Source: a virus
Lineage: Duplodnaviria > Caudoviricetes
Strand: one strand, 5' to 3'
DNA: 33,125 nt
IMG/VR virus record: IMGVR_UViG_3300016665_000337
Span: 1-33,125 of that record
In this document: in pieces, positions 25,101 to 32,921 of the stretch
How positions within the stretch are numbered: position 1 is the first letter of the stretch
Layout of the letters: every line of letters starts with the position of its first letter
Notes under the pieces: generated by a model
Databases searched by the model: none
What the model was told of the DNA's origin: nothing
Seen by the model: the letters and a program-made list of their open reading frames with translations, nothing else
Position numbers and translations under genes: made by a program

Positions 25101-26278
25101 AGCATGGTCAACTGCGCCGTGTCGCGTGCCCGCATCGCAACCGCGTCGTCGATCCGCGCGCGTGCGATGGCAAGATAGTCGGCTTCACGCTCGACCCCGA
25201 CGAACCGGAACCCTTCGAGGATGGCCCCTCGGCCCGTCGAGCCCGAGCCCATGAACGGGTCGAGGACGACGCCGCCCGGTGGCGTGACAAGGCGGCAGAG
25301 GTAGCGCATGAGGTCGGTGGGCTTGACGGTGGGGTGGTGGTTCCAGCCCTTCGTTGACGCGCCATGAAGGCGGCTCTGTAGGCCATGTGTGCCGTCGTCG
25401 TTCGGTCTGTAATCCGCACAACCTTGCTTCGCCTCCAACCCCTCACACCCCGCATCCCTGTCGGCCTTCGAGGCCTTGGCGCAGTAGAAGAACCGGGCGG
25501 CGGAGCCGGAGTCGTCACACGGAAACAACCCCACGACCTCCTCGCTCCCGTCGTGGATGAGGTTTGCAGGCCAGCGGCCGGACTCGTGCGAACCGCACAG
25601 CCTGGGCTTCTTGCCCTTCCAAAATTTGTCTTCGACATTACAAGACATTTCCTTTTCTTCCAATTTTTCGTCCGTTGGCACCCTACACCCATCCACATTC
25701 AACGCCCCTGTCCCGTGCGCGAGGACGTTTTCGGCGACGGTCCCGTCGAGCGGCTTGCGCGCGACCGTGATGGGCTCAAGGGCGGGCTTCAACGCCGTGC
25801 CCCAGCCTTGCCACGCGCGGGCGTCTTGGGTGGCGGCGGTGTCTTTTCGCTCGTGGATTTGCTTCCATCCATGCTCCCCTTTCCACGCGCCTCCGTTCAT
25901 TTCGCCTTTATCAATAACGCTTGTAACCTCCCTCTCAGCCCCAGCCTCCCGGTCAATCGCCTTCGACACGTCCAACGACTTTGGAAACCCGGAGCCGTAG
26001 ACCCACGCGATCAGGTCCCTGATGTCAAAGCCAGCATCCTCGATGCGCACGGCCATGCGGTGTTGCGTGCGGGTCCCGGCGAACGCCAGAAGGTGGCCAC
26101 CAGGCTTGAGCACCCGAAGGCATTCGGCCCACACCTCCGTGCTCGGCACGTCGTAATCCCATCGCTTGCCCATGAATGACAGGCCATAGGGCGGGTCCGT
26201 CACGACCGCGTCCACGCTTGCGTCTGGCAGCGTGCGGAGCACTTCGAGGCAATCGCCGTGGTGGAGGGTGTAGCTCAT
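25097..26278 (-). CDS. DNA N6-adenine/N4-cytosine methyltransferase (beta class), orphan
   Basis: GDCL, VTDPPY, HPTVKP, VLDPFMGSGSTG. Confidence 0.93.
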   Translation of the reverse strand: MSYTLHHGDCLEVLRTLPDASVDAVVTDPPYGLSFMGKRWDYDVPSTEVWAECLRVLKPGGHLLAFAGTRTQHRMAVRIEDAGFDIRDLIAWVYGSGFPKSLDVSKAIDREAGAEREVTSVIDKGEMNGGAWKGEHGWKQIHERKDTAATQDARAWQGWGTALKPALEPITVARKPLDGTVAENVLAHGTGALNVDGCRVPTDEKLEEKEMSCNVEDKFWKGKKPRLCGSHESGRWPANLIHDGSEEVVGLFPCDDSGSAARFFYCAKASKADRDAGCEGLEAKQGCADYRPNDDGTHGLQSRLHGASTKGWNHHPTVKPTDLMRYLCRLVTPPGGVVLDPFMGSGSTGRGAILEGFRFVGVEREADYLAIARARIDDAVAMRARDTAQLTML

Positions 26279-26287
26279 GGCAACCTC

Positions 26288-26680
26288 ACCCCATCCGGCA
26301 ACGGCGGCGTTTCGCGTGATAATGAATGCGCGTCCCTCATGTTAGTTAGCTCAGGATTTCCCAGTCCTCGCAAAGCATGTCAGTCTGCGATGCAAGCCAG
26401 CCTGTCAGCACCTTGTTGTCCGCCGTCTTCATGCGAATGGATCCAAGCGCCTCAATCTCTCCGCCGTTGGCTTCCGCCAACTGCTTGAGATGCGGCTCCT
26501 TGCACCACGCGGCCGGGACCTTGGCTGCTGGCAAAAGCCAGAGGTACATTCCCTTGCCGTTCCATCCTGCGCGGCACACACGCTCGCCACGCTTGAGCGC
26601 TTCGATAGCCTGACCGAAGCTCAGTCCTTTGGTTTTTTCCATGAGATTCACATTTTGACCCCCTCCGGCAACGGCGGCGT
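26288..26680. repeat. 23-nt direct repeats (26288-26310 and 26658-26680) flanking the DUF2829 gene
   Basis: ACCCC(A/C)TCCGGCAACGGCGGCGT, 1 mismatch. Confidence 0.85.
26346..26651 (-). CDS. DUF2829 / Tad2-like anti-defence sponge candidate
   Basis: FGQAIEALKRGERVCRAGWNGKGMYL...MKTAD...GWLASQTDMLCEDW is the DUF2829 signature. Confidence 0.85.
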   Translation of the reverse strand: MNLMEKTKGLSFGQAIEALKRGERVCRAGWNGKGMYLWLLPAAKVPAAWCKEPHLKQLAEANGGEIEALGSIRMKTADNKVLTGWLASQTDMLCEDWEILS

Positions 26681-26845
26681 CCACTTCGAGGCGCGGAGCC
26701 AAGCGCGGTCCGTCGCGTCGGCCTTGGCGATGCTGAACCACGGGCCGTCCTCGCCATGCGAGAACAGGATGGGCTTGCCGTGCATCACGACGAGGCGAAC
26801 GACCCAGCCGGAGCCTTCGCCGACGTGCTCGGTGTAGGGCCTCAC
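26648..26845 (-). CDS. Hypothetical protein
   Basis: GTGA overlaps at both ends; 65 aa. Confidence 0.55.
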   Translation of the reverse strand: MRPYTEHVGEGSGWVVRLVVMHGKPILFSHGEDGPWFSIAKADATDRAWLRASKWTPPLPEGVKM

Positions 26846-27156
26846 GTCGCCATCTCCCATCGGTCGATGCCCGTGCCCTTACACACGACGCACCTTCGGT
26901 CGCTCGTCCCGGAGAGGCCCATGCCGTCGCAGGCCATGCAAGGCACGGATTGAATGGGAAGCCCGCAATGCTTGCAGACGTGGACGAACGCGGCGACGGG
27001 CTCCATTGGCTCATGTCGGCCGGCCATTTTGTTGGCGTCAACGGAATGGTCACGCTTCGCTTCGGCCACGCGACGGGAGCAGCCCATGAGAGCGGATAGC
27101 GGGAGCCCTGGGGGTTGACCGGCCATCTTCCCGGGGTCGGCAGAATGGTTGCTCAT
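26842..27156 (-). CDS. DnaJ-type Zn-finger hypothetical protein
   Basis: CKHCG, CMACDGMG, CVVCKGTG. Confidence 0.6.
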   Translation of the reverse strand: MSNHSADPGKMAGQPPGLPLSALMGCSRRVAEAKRDHSVDANKMAGRHEPMEPVAAFVHVCKHCGLPIQSVPCMACDGMGLSGTSDRRCVVCKGTGIDRWEMAT

Positions 27157-27341
27157 TTCACCCTCCTCACCACGTACCGCTCGCCGCAGCGGGCAAGCTG
27201 AGGCGTGTTCAATGCGGTCCTGATTTCATCCGCCGCGCGACGGGTCGAGAAACTTGGCCAGCGGCGGTCCGGGTCGTCTTGCCACCCTCTGTCCGTCCGC
27301 GTTTGGCCAACCAGCAGCCATGGCTTGTCGGTCTTGCTCAT
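27153..27341 (-). CDS. Hypothetical protein
   Basis: ATGA-coupled 62 aa ORF. Confidence 0.55.
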   Translation of the reverse strand: MSKTDKPWLLVGQTRTDRGWQDDPDRRWPSFSTRRAADEIRTALNTPQLARCGERYVVRRVK

Positions 27342-27532
27342 GCCTTCCTCCATCCATCTCGCCCGGTCCCGTTGCAGTCCGGGCAGTCAATCTCGCGGCC
27401 CGCGTCATCCGTCACAAACTCCATGCCGTGACACTCCGCGCACGCGGCGGGCTCGATCTCCGCGCCGCAGTGTCGGCAATGCCTCGCCGAAACGGGGCCG
27501 ACCGTGTCCTCGGGCTCGTGGGTGCAGGTCAT
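27338..27532 (-). CDS. DnaJ-type Zn-finger hypothetical protein
   Basis: CRHCG, CAECHG, CPDCNGTG. Confidence 0.65.
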   Translation of the reverse strand: MTCTHEPEDTVGPVSARHCRHCGAEIEPAACAECHGMEFVTDDAGREIDCPDCNGTGRDGWRKA

Positions 27533-27750
27533 GGCTTGGCCTCCTCGGTTTTTCGCCACGATGATCCTTGATCTTCGCAATCCAACGCCAACCCAAGCAG
27601 TTGCTTTGCGTAGTTGGACGGTTGGCAGGTGCATGACCCGTTCGTGTGCATTCCAGTTGGCTCCTTCACCTGGCATCCAGCGTTTCCGCATCCGTTTCGG
27701 AGGCGATAGGCCAGAAACGCTAGCTGGTTCGCGACGGCGTTAGGGCTCAC
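27529..27750 (-). CDS. Cys-rich hypothetical protein
   Basis: GCGNAGC...GMHTNGSCTC; coupled at both ends. Confidence 0.6.
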   Translation of the reverse strand: MSPNAVANQLAFLAYRLRNGCGNAGCQVKEPTGMHTNGSCTCQPSNYAKQLLGLALDCEDQGSSWRKTEEAKP

Positions 27751-28001
27751 GGCTTGGCCTCCGTGTCCTTGTCGATTTCCGCAACGACCTTGAGCGCCGC
27801 TTCGATGGCAGCCTTCAGCGTTGGCCAGCACTCGTCGTCGATCCTGATTTCACCGGCCTTCGTCTCGTCCGCGTAGCTCTTGACCGCAAGAAACGCCCCG
27901 CCGCCCTCGTCCTTGACGCCAATCTCAAACGCCCGCTCGTCGAAGATTGTCGCGTCCTCTGGCCTCACAATCCACGCGATGGGATGGGTCTTGAGCTTCA
28001 C
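27747..28001 (-). CDS. Hypothetical phage protein
   Basis: 84 aa; DEGGGAFL...IRID..CWP; coupled at both ends. Confidence 0.65.
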   Translation of the reverse strand: MKLKTHPIAWIVRPEDATIFDERAFEIGVKDEGGGAFLAVKSYADETKAGEIRIDDECWPTLKAAIEAALKVVAEIDKDTEAKP

Positions 28002-28858
28002 AGCTTGGCCTCCTCCGCGACGAGCTTGTCGGCTAGGGCGGCAAGGGTGGGGGCCTCGACAACCGGTCTCAAGCATAGCCCGTCAAGGCCAACCACAATT
28101 CCGTTTTGGAAGCCAAAAGCTCGATGGCCTCCTCGTATCCAATCATTCAAGACCGCCAACCGCCTCCGGTCGCTATCTCCACCCTCCCTGGGTGCCTCCG
28201 ACGCGCCTACTGGCACGCTTGGGGCCTTGGCGAGGCTCGCGGCGAGGCTTTCCTTGTACGCCGTCCATTCATCCATCGCGACCTCGATCTCTCCCCAATC
28301 CACGTAGAAGCGGGATCGGGCCGTGGTCATGGCCCGATGCATGGCGCCCCCGAGCTCGATGGCGCGCGACAGGCGAACGTGCATGACGTGGTTCGCGACG
28401 TGCGCGGCCGTCACAGCCTTACCGCGTTCCTTGACCATCTCCTCCAGCTCCTTGACCCGGTCCCGCAGAATCTCGACGTGATGCGCGGCCGTTGAACCGG
28501 GCTCCGGCGCGAACCCGTCCTTCAGACGCATGAGGTAGCCCGCAAGGTCCAGCGCCTCCTCGATTGCGTGCTGCGCCCACTGCTGCGGCGTGAGGTCTTC
28601 ACGGTCCAGCGTCGTCCCGTACTTGGCGAGGCCCCGGGCGTGACGGTCGCGAAGCAGGCCGACGAGTCGCTCCGTCGTGATCGTTGGCTCCGGTTTCGGC
28701 TCTTGCGGAGCGTCCTGAACCTCCTCGACGGCGTAGGCAAAGCATGTGTCGGCAAGGCGGTCGTCAATCGCCGCATGGGCAGCCTCGCGGGTCTGGTATT
28801 CGTGAGCCCACAGGCCGGTGCGGCCATCGGGCAGTGTGAATCGGATTCGATAGCTCAT
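27998..28858 (-). CDS. Multidomain protein with a MazG-like/all-alpha NTP-PPase-like core
   Basis: RGLAKYGTTLDREDL...WAQHAIEEALDLAGYL. Confidence 0.6.
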   Translation of the reverse strand: MSYRIRFTLPDGRTGLWAHEYQTREAAHAAIDDRLADTCFAYAVEEVQDAPQEPKPEPTITTERLVGLLRDRHARGLAKYGTTLDREDLTPQQWAQHAIEEALDLAGYLMRLKDGFAPEPGSTAAHHVEILRDRVKELEEMVKERGKAVTAAHVANHVMHVRLSRAIELGGAMHRAMTTARSRFYVDWGEIEVAMDEWTAYKESLAASLAKAPSVPVGASEAPREGGDSDRRRLAVLNDWIRGGHRAFGFQNGIVVGLDGLCLRPVVEAPTLAALADKLVAEEAKL

Positions 28859-28890
28859 GGTGGTCCTTGGTTGGCGGTCGCCCGCGTTGC

Positions 28891-29121
28891 TCAGTCGTTC
28901 TCGGTCACCTCGGCCACGATGCGCACAGTGAGCCCCTGGCTGCGGAGCCAGCGGAAGGACGCAACAGCCTCACGGCTGTTCTTATACACGTCATGGACGA
29001 TCTCGATTTGGCGACCGCCAATCGTGCGCGTCACGTACACCGTGTATCGCTCGGTTGTGACGGCTGCGATTGCGATCCCCGCGCACGTGATGAGCGCGGC
29101 CAACATGTTTCGGAACTTCAT
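28891..29121 (-). CDS. Small exported protein
   Basis: MKFRNMLAALITCAGIAIA signal-like N-terminus; A-rich leader with AAGGA. Confidence 0.55.
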   Translation of the reverse strand: MKFRNMLAALITCAGIAIAAVTTERYTVYVTRTIGGRQIEIVHDVYKNSREAVASFRWLRSQGLTVRIVAEVTEND

Positions 29122-29155
29122 TGTTTTCCTTCGTTTTGTGGTTTTCGGTCTCGGT

Positions 29156-29593
29156 TCAAAACGGCACGTCATCCTCGCCCTCGGCGTCAGCCGGTGCGGC
29201 CTGCTGGTCGAGCGGTAGGCTGGGGTGCGTCTTGGGCGCGGGTCTTGGCGTCTCCGGGGCGTCGGGCTTTGGTCCCCCGACGAAGTGGAACTCGCTCACG
29301 TTGACGCGGGTCTTGCTCTGCTTCTTGCCGGTCTGCTTGTCCTCCCAAGTCTCCTGCACGAGCTTGCCCTCGATAAGGGCCTTCTGGCCCTTCCGGTGGA
29401 AGCGTGCAAACGCATCGCCCTTCGGACCCCACGCGTAGCAGCTGATGAAGCTGCACCGCTCCTTCTCCTCGCCGGTTGCCGTCTTCCATCGCTCGTTGAC
29501 GGCCAGCGTCCACTCGACGACGGACTTGCCGGTGCTTGTGGCCCGGCGTTCCGGGTCGGCGGTCAGGTTCCCCAACAGGGTCACGTGGTTCAT
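29156..29593 (-). CDS. ssb: Single-stranded DNA-binding protein
   Basis: MNHVTLLGNLTADPE...KGQKALIEGKL...DDVPF. Confidence 0.95.
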   Translation of the reverse strand: MNHVTLLGNLTADPERRATSTGKSVVEWTLAVNERWKTATGEEKERCSFISCYAWGPKGDAFARFHRKGQKALIEGKLVQETWEDKQTGKKQSKTRVNVSEFHFVGGPKPDAPETPRPAPKTHPSLPLDQQAAPADAEGEDDVPF

Positions 29594-30351
29594 TGCCTCT
29601 TCTCCCCCATCACAACGACCTTGCACGACTCGCGCAGGCGGCGGAGCAAAGGCTCCCCGATGTCGGGCCCCAGCCCGAGATGGTCCACCAGCGTGCGGCC
29701 GGACAGGTTCGTCGTGATGAAAAGCGGTCGGCCGTCCTTCGTCCGCGCGTCCACCAACTCCCAGAACTGCCCGGCGGTGGCGGCGGTCCACTTGCCCTTG
29801 CCCACGTCGTCCAAGAACAGGGCATCGGCCTGGGCCAGCCGGTCAAACCACTTGCTCAGCGTGAAGTCGCCACCGGCGTCCCTGGCGCCCCGGTCGAACT
29901 CCCCGGCGGTCATGGCGACGATGCGCGGGCGCGGCGTCTGGACGTGGTAGGTGCGGAGTAGCCGGAACATGCACCGCGTCTTCCCCGCGCCGGTCGGGCC
30001 TCGCAGGATGAGGCCAATGGGCCCCAGCTGATGCGCCGCGATCTCCGGCCATGCCGGGTTGGACTCGATGCGGGCCACGTCCGTCTGGCCACCCTCCAGC
30101 CTGCTCCGGTAGGCCATCGGGCAGATCCGCGCCCATGCGTCCTCTAGGTCTCGCTCGGCCTTCTCCAGGGCGGCGGCGGCGCGGCCTTGGGCCTGCCGTT
30201 CGTGCTCGGCCTTGACGCACGCGTCGCAGTGCAGTTGCCGGGCAAGGACCTTCCCGGGGCTGAACGGGCTCATGCAGATGGCGGCGGCGAACTCCCGGCC
30301 GCATGTCCGGCAGTTGGCTTGCTCGCGCGTGATGTCGTCGGTGGTGTCCAT
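29590..30351 (-). CDS. DnaC/IstB-like AAA+ helicase loader
   Basis: CxxC...CxxC, GPTGAGKT, LFLDDVGK, FITTN, LLRRL. Confidence 0.88.
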   Translation of the reverse strand: MDTTDDITREQANCRTCGREFAAAICMSPFSPGKVLARQLHCDACVKAEHERQAQGRAAAALEKAERDLEDAWARICPMAYRSRLEGGQTDVARIESNPAWPEIAAHQLGPIGLILRGPTGAGKTRCMFRLLRTYHVQTPRPRIVAMTAGEFDRGARDAGGDFTLSKWFDRLAQADALFLDDVGKGKWTAATAGQFWELVDARTKDGRPLFITTNLSGRTLVDHLGLGPDIGEPLLRRLRESCKVVVMGEKRQ

Positions 30352-30353
30352 GG

Positions 30354-31160
30354 TCAGAATGATTCGTCGGGCGCGGTCTCGGTGCCGATCCTGTACTTCG
30401 GTTTGGCGGCGGCCTTGGCCTTCGCCTCGGCTGCCTTGGCCTGCTCGTTGCGCCACCATGTGGCGAGCTTGGCGGTCCACTGGACGATGGGCAGGCCGTT
30501 TCTCGTCTGCCACCCCTGCGCCTCGAAATGCTCCCAGAACTCAAGGCCGGTGGGCTCGGGGATGTTGAGCATCGAGCATGTCCGGAGCACGTCGTCGAGG
30601 TTCGGCCAAGCGTTCCCTCGCGCGATGGGCGGCTCGGGTGTCGGCTGCGCCGCCTCCTCTCTCTCTCTCTTCAAGTCTGCATCTGCTTCTGCTTCTGCTA
30701 TGTGCGCGGTTTGCGTTACCGAAGCGTTACCAGCGTTACCGAGCGTTACATGTAACGGTTTTGGATCATTGCTTGGTGGCGGCTTGTTGCCAGGCTTTGC
30801 TTTGGCCCGGTGCCTGGCGACGCGCTCCGCCGTCTTGGCCTTTTGGTCCTCGCGGGAGAACGCGGCCCGGTACTTGGCATGGTTGACCAAGACCCATCCG
30901 CCCTCGATGACCTCGATTCGCCGCCCCTCCTTGTCCGGAGTCCGGCTGTATGGGTCCGGGGCAAGGAAGCGGTCTAAGGCACGCTTGGCGTCCTCCAGAG
31001 GCACGCCAGCGGCGCGGGCAACCCCAGGGATGGATGCCAAGACCTCCCCGTGCTGGTTGGCCATGGCCAGCAGGGTGATCCAGACGATGCGGGTGCGGTC
31101 GTCCTCCGACCAGATGGAGGAATGGAGGATCGACGCGGCGAGTTTGGTGTAGCCTGTCAT
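30354..31160 (-). CDS. Phage replication initiator (replisome organiser)
   Basis: YTKL..SILHSSIW...WITLLAMA; ERVARHR; FWEHFEAQGW C-terminal domain; upstream of the DnaC-like gene. Confidence 0.8.
   Translation of the reverse strand: MTGYTKLAASILHSSIWSEDDRTRIVWITLLAMANQHGEVLASIPGVARAAGVPLEDAKRALDRFLAPDPYSRTPDKEGRRIEVIEGGWVLVNHAKYRAAFSREDQKAKTAERVARHRAKAKPGNKPPPSNDPKPLHVTLGNAGNASVTQTAHIAEAEADADLKREREEAAQPTPEPPIARGNAWPNLDDVLRTCSMLNIPEPTGLEFWEHFEAQGWQTRNGLPIVQWTAKLATWWRNEQAKAAEAKAKAAAKPKYRIGTETAPDESF
30655..30760. repeat. Putative replication origin/iterons inside the initiator gene
   Basis: GCGTTAC x4 (30713, 30724, 30733, 30743), palindrome CGTTACATGTAACG, adjacent TCTGC repeats and (CT)n tract. 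Confidence 0.65.
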
Positions 31161-31170
31161 TCAGCGCCTT

Positions 31171-31335
31171 TCGATTCCCCAAGACTGCCCTCCGCCGTTG
31201 AAACTCGGGAGAAGACCCCGGCCTTGCACCGGGAAGAACCCGCGTGGCTCATGGCCACCAGCGGAGGACAGTCTTGGAGTGTCGATTGCATTCGTTTCGA
31301 GGGGTTTCAAGCCCTTCGCCCATTCCTGGGCGCGG
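31171..31335 (-). ncRNA. Putative structured RNA/leader upstream of the initiator
   Basis: 21-bp closing stem (31177-31197 with 31259-31279) with three G-U pairs on the minus strand only, plus internal and upstream hairpins. Confidence 0.5.
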
Positions 31336-31340
31336 TGGTT

Positions 31341-31592
31341 CTACTCGGTTGTTGGTGGGTTGGCAAGTCGATAGAACGACCGGACCTTGCGCCCGACCCG
31401 CTCGCTCCGTTGCTCGATGACGTGGCCCCATGACCGCAGCTCGGCGACGCGGCTGTGGACCGCGAATGCCCCGGAGGCATGGGCCAGCTCGGGCATTGGC
31501 ACCCAATCGCCCCCTGCGGCCTCCAGGCGCGCGAGGATGGCCCCGCATTGGCTCGTCCCGGCCCCGCTCTCGGCGTGTTCGCGTTGGGTCAT
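31341..31592 (-). CDS. Winged-HTH DNA-binding protein
   Basis: SQCGAILARL...VHSRVAELRSWGHVIE...YRL. Confidence 0.75.
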   Translation of the reverse strand: MTQREHAESGAGTSQCGAILARLEAAGGDWVPMPELAHASGAFAVHSRVAELRSWGHVIEQRSERVGRKVRSFYRLANPPTTE

Positions 31593-31834
31593 GGGTTGGC
31601 CCTCCGATAGCACGCCCGATGCGCGATGCGGCCCTTTGCCCACGGCCACCAAACGGTATCCGTGAGGACTTGGCGTGCAGTTTGGAACGCGACTCCGCAG
31701 CCCTGGCAACGCTCTCCTTTGTACGCTGACGCGGCCAGCATCGTCATGGGTTGCGTTTTGGTTTCCCGCATCCAACGCTTTAGGTCGTCGCGGAACAGCT
31801 TGCGCAATTTCTTTCGGCGGTTGTTCTTGGTCAT
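31589..31834 (-). CDS. Hypothetical protein (CxxC...HxxC)
   Basis: Coupled at both ends by identical junctions. Confidence 0.55.
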   Translation of the reverse strand: MTKNNRRKKLRKLFRDDLKRWMRETKTQPMTMLAASAYKGERCQGCGVAFQTARQVLTDTVWWPWAKGRIAHRACYRRANP

Positions 31835-32031
31835 GGGTTGGCCCTCCTCGCCCACCCACGCGCCAAGGCGCGGGCGACAATCTGCGGTGCCTCCTCACGG
31901 AGCCGCTGGGCCTCTGCGGCCTCCAGCAGCCCCTCGCGGGCAATTGGGCCGTCCACGATGCGGTGGCGCACGTCCACCATGCGCGTCACGCGCGGCGGCT
32001 CGCTGTCGATCTTTCTGGTGCGGCGGCTCAT
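31831..32031 (-). CDS. Hypothetical protein
   Basis: 66 aa; GAGGAGG SD; ATGA overlaps. Confidence 0.55.
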   Translation of the reverse strand: MSRRTRKIDSEPPRVTRMVDVRHRIVDGPIAREGLLEAAEAQRLREEAPQIVARALARGWARRANP

Positions 32032-32177
32032 TTTGTCCTCCTCACCGGAGCCTTGCAGGCCGCGATGGCGCGGTCTTGATCGGCGTCGATTGCGACGAGT
32101 ATCAAATCCGACGCCACGAACAGCGCCATCGCGGACAGCGCAACGATCAGCAATCGCTCCAAGTCTTTAAGTTTCAT
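32028..32177 (-). CDS. Small membrane protein (49 aa; not in the ORF track)
   Basis: MKLKDLERLLIVALSAMALFVASDLILVAIDADQDRAIAACKAPVRRTK. Confidence 0.55.
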   Translation of the reverse strand: MKLKDLERLLIVALSAMALFVASDLILVAIDADQDRAIAACKAPVRRTK

Positions 32178-32679
32178 TCTTCACCTTCTTGTACGTTGTT
32201 TGCGGCCTCTCCTCGCGCGCAACGGCTTCGATTAGGCCGTCCTTGCGCGCGCGCGCGATGGCCTTGTTTGCAATCCAAAACGTGGTTTTGGCTTCGAGGT
32301 CGCCGCGCGTGAACTCGTCCCCGTCGGCGATCTTGGCAATGATGTCCATTCCTCTCTGGCGCAGGCTCTCCGGCGAGGCTGGCCTTGCGGTTCGCCTCCA
32401 GACGATCTTTCTCGCGCCTTGCTCTCGCCCGTGGAGCCTGACAAGCCCGCGTTTGCCAGCGTGCCAAATGCACACGCGCACCGCCTCGGGCGTTCGGCCG
32501 GTTTGATTCGCGCACCCGGCCACGGTGAACTTCCAGCCGACGCGAAGCGTGCGGAGATAGTCGCTAAACCAACGCGGCATCGCGGGGAGCGGCCTGCGTT
32601 TGATGGGCTCGGGCGCGGGCGCGGCCTTCGGCAGGAACCGTGCCATGAAGGCGGCGGATGGGAGGTCGATGGGCTTCAT
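32167..32679 (-). CDS. Putative tandem winged-helix DNA-binding protein
   Basis: Two FT...(K/R)xGL(V/I) wHTH-like repeats. Confidence 0.5.
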   Translation of the reverse strand: MKPIDLPSAAFMARFLPKAAPAPEPIKRRPLPAMPRWFSDYLRTLRVGWKFTVAGCANQTGRTPEAVRVCIWHAGKRGLVRLHGREQGARKIVWRRTARPASPESLRQRGMDIIAKIADGDEFTRGDLEAKTTFWIANKAIARARKDGLIEAVAREERPQTTYKKVKNET

Positions 32680-32921
32680 GGCTTGTCCTCCAGCACGTCC
32701 CGAAGCGCGTGCATGTTGCGGGTCTCCAGTTCGGTCCACGGGTGATCCGAAGCGATGCTGTCGAGATAGACTTCGCGGGCAGCCTCCTCCATCCGCTTGC
32801 ACCGCGCCTCCAGCTCCGCGACGCGGGCGCGCAGGTCCTTGTTCTCGGGCTCCAATGCGGACAGGCGGAGCCTCATGGCCTCCACGTAGGCTTTGGAGAA
32901 TGTCCCGTATATTTCACTCAT
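32676..32921 (-). CDS. Coiled-coil hypothetical protein
   Basis: MSEIYG...LRARVAELEAR; ATGA overlap. Confidence 0.6.
   Translation of the reverse strand: MSEIYGTFSKAYVEAMRLRLSALEPENKDLRARVAELEARCKRMEEAAREVYLDSIASDHPWTELETRNMHALRDVLEDKP

Noticed and set aside
31171-31290. tRNA gene
   Set aside because: The 21-bp closing stem and two-arm interior do not fit a tRNA cloverleaf; no D or anticodon arm.
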